Shown piece by piece: positions 45,918 through 58,369 of a stretch of DNA of 64,000 bases (positions are counted from its first letter, which is position 1; each line of letters starts with the position of its first letter). The DNA lies in the NCBI GenBank assembly GCA_051942245.1, contig JAVECL010000008.1:62001-126000 (forward strand), given 5' to 3'. The notes beneath the pieces were generated by a model that ran no database searches, had not been told where the DNA came from, and saw only the letters and a list, made by a program, of their open reading frames with translations. Source of the stretch: Trypethelium eluteriae (taxonomy: Eukaryota). The position numbers and the translations under genes were made by a program.

Positions 45918-48900
45918 ATGTCGAGTGCGCCGGTGTCTGGTGGCGGACATGAACCCGTCAGAGAAGAGACGGGAGCTCAGGACGAGTCTTCTCCAACCGC
46001 TCGTCGTTTTCTAAGGGCAGACGTACGCTTGGCCTCAGTCTTTGCTATGATATTGCTTATCTTAGACTTGTAGTTACGGCCTGCGACCTTGATCCTCCCC
46101 CGCACAGGCGAGCGGGTAAAACGCAAATTTACTTTGAGAACTCCCGGCCTGCTCAACGGTACAGACGAAGACGGCGACGAAAGGGATCCGTTGCTTGGAC
46201 GGCGAAACTCCATATTTGATGATGGCGGCTTCGTGGAGCGTATGTACACGCGCGTCAAAGAGAAGGCAGACCAAAGCTATGAATTCATGACGTCCAAGAC
46301 GGGTATTGGAATATTCAAGTGCTCCATCGCGTACTTGCTTGGAAGCATGGCCACCTTTGTGCCAGTCATTGCTGCTTTCTTAGGCAAGAATGACGGGAAG
46401 CATATGGTTGCAACAGTGACCGTGTATTTTCATCCGGCGCGATCCGCCGGGAGCATGCACCGAGCAACGCTTCTAGCGCTTGTGGCATTCGCCTACGCTG
46501 CTTTCATCTCGTTCACCAGCATGGGAGTATCAGTATTCTTCGACGATCAACACCTACTTATACTGGGTCACGCGGTTGTGCTCATTCTCTTTTGTGGTGG
46601 TGGGCTTGGTTTTGTAGGTTGGTTAAAACAGAGGCTCGGTGATCCCCTTGTTAATGTTGCCTGCTCTTTGACCTCCTTATCAATCATTACCGTTTTGACA
46701 AAAGAAGGCGCCGTCCAGACTGCAAGATTCTCATATGGGAAAGTCTCTCAAGTGCTGAAGATGGTCGTAATGGGCATTATTGCTACAACCGCCGTCAGTC
46801 TCATCATCAAACCAATTCGGGCTCGAGAAGAACTTCGGAAGGGCTTGATCAAGACTACCGACTCGTTGGGGCAAATGCTGATCGCGATAACAAAGGCATT
46901 CTTGACTGGGTCGGATTATGAATTAGGGCATCCTGTGCTTCGAGAAGCCGCAGATAAACACAAATCTCTTCTCAATGCGCTTCCCGATCAACTACATCAG
47001 GCAAAATACGAACACTACGTTTTGGGTACTGAAAATGAATATCACATTGAAGCAAAACTCGTGAAGTGCATGCAAAAGCTAGCTCACAATATCGGAGCTT
47101 TGCGCGGAGCAGCCACTATACAGTTCAAGCTTGTTGCGTCATTTCTCGAGACGAAACTCTCCACACCAGCAAGGTCAGCGACCAGTCTCACAAACTTCAA
47201 GGGCTCAGTTACGTCTCCCGATTCTCTTGGATCCGAGGAGCCCAGGGGCATATTGGCGTCCATCAATGAGACCCCAGAGGAGCACAGTGATACAGATGAG
47301 GCTTGCAACGTTACTGGTAACTTTCACAACTCACAATTAGCGATCGAGACGGCTTCAAGTCCTTCACAGATGTTCTCAATGTTCATTGCTCACCTTGGGC
47401 CGCCTATGAAATCTTTGGCATATACACTGAAACAGATTTTGGATGAGCTACCCTTTAGCGAAGACGATGATGAGATTGATATCAATGTCAACTTCAGGTC
47501 TAGCCTTTCTGACGCCATCGACTTATTCCGACGAGCTCGAAAGCAGGGCCTGGAGCTCGTCTATAAAAATAGAGAACTCCATCGCACAAGGTCAATGGAT
47601 TTAGCGGCTGGTTACGAAGAGGTTGCAGCAAGCTGCGGGTACTTCAGCTCTTCTTTGGAGGATTTTGCAGAAGATATGCTCAACTACCTCGACATCCTCG
47701 AGGAACTCAAACTTGAGACAGAAAAGAGCCCCCGCTCGAGATCTTGGAGGTGGCTCTATTTCTGGCGACGACTGGAGCGATTTCAAGAAGAAGACAATTT
47801 CGCGACAGGTGCAGGCGGCGCGGATATTTCACACGACGAGCAGCCCGCTCATCTACCTGGCATCGTCCCAACCGGATGGGACTCCCATCAACATCGGCGA
47901 TATACCTACAAAGTCTGGAGAGCTTTCAGTTTTTTCCGTCGCGACGATATCAAATTCGCTGTTAAAGTCGGCGCTGGCGCTGCCGTCTATGCACTTCCTT
48001 CCTTTGTACCCGCTTGGCAGCCATTTTACTCGCACTGGCGTGGTGAATGGGGCCTGTTATCTTATATGCTAGTTTGTTCTATGACAATCGGAGCTTCCAA
48101 TACTACAGGCTGGCAACGTTTCCTTGGAACTTGCATTGGTGCTGTGTGCGCCATTGTCTCGTGGTTTGCGTCAAATGCCAATCCTTTTGCCCTTGCATTC
48201 TTTGGTTGGCTTGTGTCATTGGGGTGTTTCTATCTCATTATTGCTCGAGGTAAAGGTCCTATGGGCCGTTTTATCCTCCTCACTTACAATCTCTCGGCTC
48301 TCTATGCATACTCGCTGTCCGTGAAAGATGACGATCATGACGATGACGAAGGAGGGACAAATCCAGAGATCTGGCAAATTGTCCCGCATCGAGTCATGGC
48401 CGTGATGACGGGGTGCATTTGGGGTATAATCGTGACTCGCCTCATCTGGCCCATTTCTGCTCGGCAAAAACTCAAAGACGGCCTTGCTCTTCTTTGGCTT
48501 CGCATGGGTCTCATCTGGCGCCGCGATCCCCTTTCGATGATCCTTGACGGCGCGCCGAATTCCCTTTATATGGACATCCGTGAAGAGTTCGAATTGCATC
48601 GATTTCTGGAATATCTCGAGAGTCTACGGAAAAGCGCGGCAAGCGAGTTTGAGCTGCGTGGACCATTCCCTGAGAAAGAGATAAAGCGCGTTTTGGAAAC
48701 TACTGGTGGAATGTTGGATGCGTTCCACGCAATGAACGTTGTCATCATGAAGGATCTCAAAGCGAGCCCGGGGGAATCCGAAGTCTTGCGGTGGACGAGG
48801 GAGGAGAGAAATCAGCTGAGTTCACGCATCTCGCATCTATTTTCTGGTAGGCCACTCCCGCTCGCATCCATAATCGCTCCATTTCTGTTTGTTATGGACG

Positions 48901-49233
48901 GCTTCCCTTTCCTAACAGATCAGCTTCCGCGTTGCATTAAATCCACGGAATGTTATGCTTACATTCGCAGTCCTTGCCTCATCCCTTAAGCTGGAATACC
49001 CGCTCACTTCTGCCGTCCCGAGAATCGAGCACACGCGCGACCGGCTGTTAGCACGGATCTTTGAGTTCAAGAAAAGCGCTAGTGCACGCATGCTTGCGAC
49101 TGACGAGGATTTTGAACTACTGTACGCGTATGCTCTTGTCACGGGCCAGTTATCACGTCAAATTGATGCGATGAGCCAGGAGATTGAGGGATTGTATGGA
49201 GTGCTTGATGAGGATAATTTGAAGCTGCAATGA
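45918..49233 (+). CDS. FUSC / aromatic-acid-exporter family membrane protein (Bre4-like architecture)
   Basis: Two hydrophobic blocks (KCSIAYLLGS..YFHPARSAGSM; IKFAVKVG..WRGEWGLLS..TIGASN..RFLGT..IWPISAR) separated by a helical linker. A short 5' intron and a 3' intron ~48847-48970; ends DEDNLKLQ*. Confidence 0.88.
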
Positions 49234-49728
49234 ATCTCGGAGTAAAAGCATCTTGAGTATTGTTGAAAGTGTTGGATATTTGGATTATGATTACGCTATT
49301 CTGATCTAGGGACATTTCTCGCTTCGCTGCGATTGAAGTTGGAGCAAGGCACGGAAGATACAGAACGGTGATGCTCCCCTCTGAGTCTAGATTTGGCTCT
49401 TCCTAGGCTATGGGCGCTTGAGACTTGCCAATCTTGGAATGAAGCGTGCATAAAATTTGGTTCTTGGCTCCGCTGGCTCGTGTACGAATTTAATATCTAT
49501 TTTCAAGGAATCTACCGATGACTAAGATAGATTTGAGCCTTCGCAGTTTGCGAGTCATTACTTTCTCAAGGCTGATTGATAGCCACTAAAGTCTGAACCC
49601 TAATTCATGCCACCCATTTTCCGGCAGGTCGGCTCCGAGCCGCCAGGCGTATAATCCTTACCGCCCAAAACACCGGAAACTCCTGGAACCAAACGCCCCA
49701 TTACCCATCTCTCAGGAAACCCCCGGGG

Positions 49729-50253
49729 TCAAGCCTTCCCAAGTACCTGCACTAATTGCTGCAGGTTCCCTTGCGCTGCATTACCAGCAGTCAATGCGCT
49801 TGCCGTGTTGCTCTGCGCGCCGCTCGCATTGCTCATCATCATCTGCTTCAGGTCCTGTGGGATCATGGTCGCCGCCTCGATCTGGTTGACCAGGTGGCCG
49901 AGATAAGAAGCGCACGTCTCCAACGCCTGAGACTCGACCTCTTGCTCGGCAAGGGCACCCTCCGCAAGGATGGACTCCTCGGCTGTGATGCCGTTAATGC
50001 TGTTAGAGTTCGAGGACGATGTTATCTCGTTGGCGAAGGAGAGAATAGCGTCGAGCTCGGTCGAGGCCTGAGCGGCGGATTTTTGGAGATTCGTGATGAC
50101 GCTGGTCAGAGTGCCTTGGTCGGTGGTAGAAAGTGAGGGGTTGGAGGCGACGGCAGTGAGGAGCGTTGTAAGAGTGTCTTGGATGTGTTGGAAGATGGTA
50201 GCCTGAAATTGGCCGAATTGGATGATGCGGGCTTTAAGGTCGGGGGTAGACAT
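49729..50253 (-). CDS. Orphan 174-aa Ala/Gln/Ser-rich all-alpha-helical protein
   Basis: Intronless ATG ORF in a good start context (AATCATG) with C-ending codon bias and amphipathic heptads. No signal peptide; no family recognised. Confidence 0.75.
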   Translation of the reverse strand: MSTPDLKARIIQFGQFQATIFQHIQDTLTTLLTAVASNPSLSTTDQGTLTSVITNLQKSAAQASTELDAILSFANEITSSSNSNSINGITAEESILAEGALAEQEVESQALETCASYLGHLVNQIEAATMIPQDLKQMMMSNASGAQSNTASALTAGNAAQGNLQQLVQVLGKA

Positions 50254-52334
50254 GATTATTATAGGTAAAGAATTGCTGGGTTGCTAGAGATGGAGAAAGA
50301 ATGCTAGATACAGAGTAGAGGCAAGTTTGATTATATTGCAGAACGGTTTGAAACGAGATATTGAGTCAAGAGAATGGAGATGTTGGAGGATCCGGATTCG
50401 GGTTTAATAACGAGATATCATCGCCTTGCGTGCCTGAGGTATGGGTTCTGTATTTAATTGATTAATCGCCCCATGGATCGCTTTTTTTTACTCAGCTTTC
50501 CAGACTCCATCAGGTGCAAGGCTCCCCCATTTGGGCCCTCACCAATGGAATCCTTCTCCTGCAGATTGAACGAGGCTTCAGAGGAGTATCATGAGGCACT
50601 GTAGCGTGCGCATGGTCGAGACCAGCATCGACACCCGCACGGGAGGATCGACTCATGACACCAACAGGGTGGTACGGCCGGCGTGCGAAATAATCTACAC
50701 CAGGGTACATTCAGCTCAGATGTGGGGGAACCAGGATCTGGGTCGGGTAGAGGTTAACAGCACCACAGCTTCTGTCCTTGATGACTTGGGCGGTGAATAT
50801 AGTGGTCTTTCTAAATTAATGGCAGCAGAAACCCTACCGCAGACCGAAGGATGCCTACTACCTATCGCATGTCCACTAGAGGGTGAGAGGCTTGTGAATC
50901 GAAAGCTTAGACGTGCGGGGGAGCCCATACTGAATTTGGGCTACCATAGGGCCGACGATGAGGCTGCTGTCATACATGTTCTAGACTCTGGACCCTCATC
51001 CACTTAAAATGTTCTCAATGATCCGATCTCTCGTAGGTATGCTTCAGTGCGATCGTAACACGAGACTTAGCTGAGCTGAGCGACAGTTCGCTGTCATATC
51101 GCAGCGGTGGTTGGCGACGAATCTCGGGCATGATTCGTCGTCATTGCAACATTTGGTGGTGCAAAGAGGTGGCGGGACCTAGAGTACCTTAGGTACCTAA
51201 TTAGGAGAGTCACGGGACTGATAGAGTGGCAACTTCAAGAATGAAGACCTCCACGAAAAGCTGACAGTAGGCCTAGACCGGTATTTGACCCCATTGGCCG
51301 CCATGTGTGAGGCAGCTATCTATCGAGACATTCTGCAGCAAAGCCATTCCCAACAATGTTATCGTATTTCCGCCTTGAAAAGCAGGGCATCGTTATGTTC
51401 ATCGTGTAAGAGTGTGGCAGGGGAATGGGTTAGCTACATTTTCACAAAAGGTCAACAGCTTTTAAAAACTCTCAGGATACTCTTGCGTGTGTCTTTTCAT
51501 TGCAAAGGCTTGGTTCGATTCTCTGTAAGACGAAGTAATAGACTCCTCACTATCCAAGCAAAAGTTCTAGCCCCCCAGTAGTCCACCCGCACGACCGGTT
51601 CTCCCAATTCCCTGGTTTTGGGACTCGCTTTCCCTTGCTTACTTAGGGATAGTGCGAAAGCATCACAACAATCGAGCGCATAAAAACAAACGTCATGCTA
51701 TTCTATTCTAACCCTAGTTTGAAGCACGTCGGTGACCGAACCGACTGAAGCTCCTTACGCTGTTTGATCTGGCCTTCCTGTATGGCCGACTGATGGGGGT
51801 TGTGGGAGCTCGAATCCTAATCACTTTACCAGCTTGCAACTTTCTATGCGTCATGTCAGCCCATAGCATACACCACAACCAGCGATATAGCTTACACTAA
51901 ACCGTTTTGATACTATAGATCAGATCACCTCGATTGCTTCAAAGCCATCGGGCCTTCCTAGCAATCAATCGGGAAGGCTATGGGAGTTGACCTTCCGTTG
52001 CTTCTCGGTCTTTCATGACAAAAGATTTCCGCGAAGATACAGGGGCAGAACCTTTACCTATGTTGTTGCGTTTTCGTGTAAAAGAATCTCCATCGAAATA
52101 AACGTCATGTCCTGTGAATACTGTCAAAGGCAAACCAACTCTCCCAGTCATCAGGCATAGCTCATACATTCTTTTTACGTAGAGTCTTTTTCAATTCTAG
52201 AGTAATTTTCTTTTCGTCCATGCCAAAGATGTCATCTCGAACCACTGGTGGTTTCGTAATCGCGCCCACGACCTCAGTATCCCAGGTTTCTCTTAGCCTT
52301 GCTTTGAATGGCATAAAGTATCTCACATGGATGC

Positions 52335-53310
52335 GGCAGGCCGCAGATGCCATGCAGACGCAGTCGTACGACGAAGCCATTGGTCTCTACAACAACACGT
52401 GGTGGAAAAACGTCAACGGCTTGACCGCCATCGGCACCTCGCCGCTCTTTCTCTATTGTACCTGGACACTGCAAAGGGAATTCTTGACACCACCTTCGCC
52501 AAAATACCCGACATTTCGAATGAAAACGAACACGGAACCTGGCTTGACGGCTTCTACGACGACGAAGGCTGGTGAACGCTTACGAGGATCCAAGCACGCG
52601 AAGTCACAGAGAACAAGAAGTATCTGCAGGTTACATGACATATGACTAGCCAAGCGCATGCGACGCGGGATTGTGGTGTGATTACAAAAGCACATGCAGA
52701 TCGTGTTAAACGCAAAACGAGTTATTTTTGAGCAAGGTAGCACGTCTGGCGGTTACCGAGAGCAAGGTCAGAAAGAACTTTTATGTTGACTGGGCGAGCA
52801 AGGAGTGGGATGTGTGCCACAAGGTGGGGGTCATTGAGAAGAAAGGTCTTCTCAGGGATGGTGTGGATGGTTCGACGTGCAAAGGCAATAATAAGACGAC
52901 GCCCATGTTTCAGCAGAGCGTTATCTCGGGTGACTTGGTGGAGCTCGACAGGGCGCCAGGCAATGGTTCCATTGTGCCGCCGACGCAGCACATTGCTGGC
53001 GCGGTCATTGCATCGGACACGTCCCACAAACAGGGGATTTTGGTTGGGCCGGGTCAGAAGAACAAGCCCGACGGGGCAACGGATATCGCGCAATTCAAGG
53101 AATTCTTCATGCGTAACTCACACATCCTACGAAAAGCGGCCCTTAAACAGACATAGCGCGCTTTTGTGACCAAAAATGCGGAGTTGGTATGCAATAACGC
53201 GCGGAATAAAGGAATCTGATTGGGAGTTCTTGGCTAGGACCGTACGGTCCGGAAAGAACAGAGTCGGAAAATCAGGCAAGCGAGCTGGATCAGCTTCAAT
53301 GCGGTCTTTG
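52335..53310 (+). pseudogene. Decayed glycoside hydrolase family 76 (alpha-1,6-mannanase) gene
   Basis: Colinear GH76 motifs across shifting frames: GLYNNTWWKNVNGLTAI, WLDGFYDDEGW* (catalytic DD; the second W of WW is now TGA), YVDWASKEWD, GLLRDGVD..TCKGNN, QSVISGDLVEL, DIAQFKEFFMRN, SWLGP..NQASELD. Confidence 0.85.
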
Positions 53311-53657
53311 GTATGTCTTAAAGTAGGCACCTACGCTGCCTAGGTGTTCAGCTGATTTGGAGACACAATCAATTGATTCAACCTGTGGCCAGCCAAATAC
53401 TGCATTTATGGTTCAAGGCAATCAACAGAACCCTTTATACTCGCTCACAATCTAACTGTGCAGTGCATGGGGCAAGCATTGGAAAAAGTGGAAGGAAGCC
53501 CAGGTTGGTTGGACAAAGATAGGGAAATCTAAGGATACAGTGTCATTCTATCTAGAACGGCAATCAAATACAATCGCAATGCCATCGTGAGACGTGGATC
53601 TATCTATCATTCAAAGTCGCCCGAAATTTTCCCAAAGTACGATACGAGAAAATCAAA

Positions 53658-55323
53658 TCAAATCTTTACCACGAGTTTCGGCCCCGACTGAACGAATCTT
53701 GACGCGCCCAGTACAGCAGCACCGCCACAGCAGATGACGCCAGCGTAGATTTGCAGGTTACGATATTTACCGTGATCGTCGTCCACCAACGCACCTCCAA
53801 TTGGATTGCTGATCAACACTGCAATGCTAACGATTCCAAACAAGGTGCCGGTGCGGACACCAATCTTTCGAACGTCAGAGATCTGGGCAACGCAGGATGG
53901 TGCAGCAGAGACGAAGGCACCCGATCCGAAGCCATAAAGAGCAGCGAAGACGATGAGGGGCGCATTTGCGGCCGCTGGCAGCCAGAGAGCAAGGATAATG
54001 ATGCCACTGAAAGCACACATGACGGTGAGGACATTGAAGCGGCCGACTTTGTCAGCAACATAACCTGGTATTGTTCGGCCAAACACACTGCAGATGTGTC
54101 AGCACGGAGCGTCTATTGGAAAAAATAGAAAGGGATACCATACCTGGCCGCATTGAGGATGGGAATCAAATAGCCCGCCAAGTCCTGGCTCATTCCGATA
54201 GACGGACCTTGGAGGATCAAGAAGTTGAAGGGTAAGAACAAGCCCAGGAAGAAGAGGAAGGAGCCAAGAGTCAGCAAGACGTAGGGAGGTTCTTTCAATG
54301 GAAGCACGAACTCAATCAGGTTGAGTGGCTTCTTGACCGGGGGAAGGCGAGATTTGACCGTTAAAATGGCAATTATGCACAGTCCAAGGATCATAAAAGC
54401 ACAAGCTCGCATAGTCCAGGGAAATCCTATCTGGGGAATGAGGCGTTGTACCATGATAGGAAATATAACACCTCCCATCGAGGAGCCTGACGCAACGATG
54501 CCAAGTGCAAACGCACGTTTGTGGAAGAACCATGAAGTAAGGCTGGTCATGGCTGATGGTAATGTTAGCAAGGTTATGTCTCTCACTCATTCAGACCACG
54601 CCTTTGACTTACCTGGATAAAAGACCATACTCGCACCTAGAGCGCTACAGATCCCCTGTGCCAGGATGAACTGGTAGTACTCGGTCGCTAAGGAGGTCAT
54701 CATGAGGCCGAAGACGTGAAAGAACGTCCCAGTCACTAGGAGATAAAAGGGTCCATAGTTATCGTAGATTTTCCCAATGACCGCCCCCTGCGGACCGTCA
54801 GTAACGTGAAAACAGGTTGAATGGTTTTGCACGTACACCTGCAAACATCATGAATGCTTCCAGTGAAGGGATCCAGGCGACTGTGCTGGGAGCATATTGT
54901 GACAGCATATGCGTCTGATAATACGCTTGAAAGACACCGATGCCTAAGTGGCAAGAGTTAGTTTAATCGCTTGCTTAACCATTCTGTCAAGAGGCATCTT
55001 CCAGGTGCAAACTCACAATTAATCCATCCAAATGAGACGAATAGGCAGCACCAGCATCCAGCAACGACTAACCAGGCTTTTGCGCCTCCATCTGGAAAAT
55101 CTGCTGGATTGAATGCTGGCGGTGCACTAGTTGGTGTTGCTTTTTCTAGATCCCCCACTTCATCTGTGCCGTTCGCTTGCTCCGTAGCCTCCCCTGGGAG
55201 CTTGGGAAGAGAGACATCACCGAGATCGTTCGTCTCTGTTGGGGCTTCAGAAGGAGCGTAGCCTCCATCCTGCTTCTCGCTCTTGTCTCGCATTGTAGAC
55301 ATGGAGGAATATTGGGAAACCAT
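53658..55323 (-). CDS. MFS monocarboxylate transporter (MCT/Mch family)
   Basis: [92 protein letters not shown]. Several introns; start codon uncertain (55323 or ~55302). Confidence 0.92.
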
Positions 55324-56436
55324 GATGAAAGAAAGGGAATGGTAAAACTACTGTGATGGTACAACCTGATCAGCCAGGGGGGAGATTGCGGAATTCAGCT
55401 TGATTCCAATGAGAGGGCAAGGTTGTTGGCACAGCAGCAAAGTCTTTTCTCCCCTCTCCAGAGGCCATCGATATATGTGAGAGCTCCATCTTGCATTCAA
55501 GACATTCGGCCTAGATCGGCTTTCGCTCTTTGCCATTCTTTTTGCCGCGAGCGAGAGCGAGCTCTGAGGGTCGGGTCGGGGGCTCGGCCGTAAGCCAAAA
55601 GCGAGGCGAGCCCGCGCGTGCGGGACGTGTCAGCCCTGGCGCTGGGTCAGCAGTGGGCCAATCTGCAGCCATTGTTTCGTGCATCCCATCTCACATGTCG
55701 TACATGGGTCTTAAACAGCCAATGGACGCCGGGACTTGTCTCTGAATCTGAAGCTAGCTATCGAGCACCCATGCCTGATCAAGGATCGATCAGCCTCATC
55801 AAAGGATTTTGAGTCCAAACTGCCCTCCAAGAAGTTTCGGCAGCGTCTCATCTGGTAATGTATGGTGGTATCTTCTCTTTTTTGTGACCGAGAGATCCGG
55901 CAACTCATCGACCAACACTACGAATCTGATATCAATAACCTGACTCATGTCCGCAGCGATGGTGGATGATTCTTCGAACTTTTTACGGAAATTTGTGAGA
56001 GCCCTGGTATGCTGCCGTTGCCCAATCGGAGCACTTTACTCCCTGCAAGTAGGTCTCAGAGTCACCGGGTGATAGCCATTTCCATGCACGTCACGGCAAT
56101 TCCATCACTGAACTGGTTGAATGTTGCAGGCAGGAAAGCAAGGAAATATACGTCTAGATGCAGATTATCCAAGTGCGTAAGCATCCTCGTAAGGCTCGGG
56201 TCACGCAATTGGAACTGAAAATTTTGTGCTGTTGAGCATGGTGGAGGCGAATTCATTGAAGAGTTATCAAACCATCAAACTTGAAGACGAGAATCTGCCA
56301 CATGGTACTCCGTACTGGTGGTACTGTGCTCCAAGAGATCTCGGCCACATCCTGGCAGGAAAGATCTGCTAGAGCCGCAAAGCTCCCAGAGCTGGGCATC
56401 GGTCAAGATTCGGACCCTGCCGTACGTCCATGAAAT

Positions 56437-57516
56437 CTATGTATAATGCCTCAAAAAGCCTTTGCCAAGTCTCACGCGTTCGCCTCTACCATACCAAAGC
56501 GTCCCCTGGTGAAAGTCAAGACCCTTCTCCTCTCCAATGATCCATTCGCCGCCAGCCTGAATAGGCGGGACTGCGTCTCTTGGCCAGTATTCCCTCTGCA
56601 GCCATGCATTCACCTCATCGATCTTCTCTACCACCTTTTTCATCTTTTCTGGGTCCGGAGTCTTTGCCTCGACACCTTTCTCCGCATCTTGCGAGGTATC
56701 CTGCGGTGTGATGAAGCGACCTATTGTCAGATGAGATGACGGAACAGTATATCGTGATCCTATCTCCACGCCGGTACGGTTTGCAAGGGCATACACGTCA
56801 CGTCGTAGGTGATGGTACGTGTATTCGTCGTCTGCTCTCACTCGGCCCTGACTGAGTCCCTCACCGGCCGCGGGCAGGAAGCTTAGAGCAAAAGCCGAGG
56901 CGTCGAAGCCGAGCATCGGCTTTATTAAGCGTGCGCGATGTGTGTACGTATAATCTGTTATTTCTGCAGCATGAGGGGATATTTGTCCCACAAGCTGTGC
57001 GATTTCCTCACGGGTGCGGGAAAAGGTGATTTCCAGACAGGTCATATGCAGGTTCTCCGGGGGTTGGAACCACATATCTGACGGGTTGGTGTCATCACTC
57101 TGTGAACAATTCAACGGATCGACTCACTTGGAAGCACAGATCGCAGTTGCTGCTGAATATTGGCAATTAGATCCTTTACTCTCTGTGTAGGACGGGCCCA
57201 GAATACAAGGCAATGCCTCGTGTCTCTGAAACCTGGCTCGATCTCTGGATAGACAAGCTTTTGTAAAATTGGATCAGGAGTCACACCTTGGAAATTTGGG
57301 TCGAGGAGCTTCGCGTTTTGCTGCTCGATTCTTGTCCTGCGATGCTTATCATAGATCGCTTGAAGTTGACACTGCCATGGCTCAGGACGAGTTCCGCTCG
57401 AAAACTCCAAAACTTACGACATCGTTGTGAGATGCTTCAATTAGTGCATCATACGGATTGTCAAAGGCCCCGGCCGTGACTCCCGAATGATCCTCGTATA
57501 GGGTTGCTTGGGCCAT
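56437..57516 (-). CDS. 2H-phosphoesterase superfamily protein (RNA ligase/cyclic nucleotide phosphodiesterase-like)
   Basis: Two HxT motifs (NLHMTCLE and SHLTIGRF) plus NPYDALI and CLVFWARP; two introns join three ORF segments. Confidence 0.82.
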
Positions 57517-58369
57517 TTCGGCGAGAGCTCTGAGCCGCTCAGCAGATACTACAGGTTCTGGTGGATTGCACTCGCTCAACTGGTCACTCTTGCTACCATT
57601 CAAATGATAGTTCTAGTATTCAGAGCGCCAACTCAAGTCCTCACAAAGGTAGAATTACAATGTTCCGGCTCTTGAACAAGATTTGCCTTTCTCTATCTCC
57701 TAGAAAGGCCTAATTCCTGTAGTGACTGCGGTGCACAGAGCGACTAGAATCCATGGCTTGAGCTCTGGTGGAACGAAAAGGCTTCCTCTGAAGGTTGAGG
57801 CATCGAGTGCGATCCAATCAAACCCAGCCGGCCGCTGGGTTGAAGCTAAGCTCACCGCTTTCCCGATTTCGTGATCCTGCATCTCGGACCTCAGCGCCTT
57901 CTGCAGCAAGATTTCTTCGAAAAGGAAGCGTATCTATTAATATTCCGCGAAAGCCTTGATGACCAATGTTGCATCTTGGCTGCGCGATATCCCTTGTCTT
58001 TTATCGAGTGGATGCTCGTCCTCGTACAGTTTCTTTTGGGAATCGATCGCTGTGTCGTTCAGGCTGATCTCGATTACGCTCTTGCTCTTCCCTAAGCTCA
58101 TTGGCCCCTTGTCGACAGCTTCTCAGCTTGCCGCCTTGGTTTCGATATAGAGCACATTCGATCTGAGGTGATGCTACGTGTGCTGCGGCAAAGACGGGAA
58201 GCCGGTGAATTTTTGACCGACATATCCCGGAAGAAGTGGCATTTGCTGTAGCCTTGTCTGTGTTGTTTTTTAAATCCTCAAAACGACTGTTCTCAACGGC
58301 TATGTGGGTAAAGGGGTTTATTAGAATTTTATTTTCTTCTTTCTTCTTCCGTTTTCACTCCTTGATTCC

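Noticed and set aside
50510..51007. Short ORFs on both strands upstream of the 174-aa orphan
   Set aside because: No recognisable motif or consistent frame.
51480..51535. GGTTCGATTC B-box/T-loop-like motif suggesting a tRNA
   Set aside because: No acceptor stem, D arm or correctly spaced anticodon arm.
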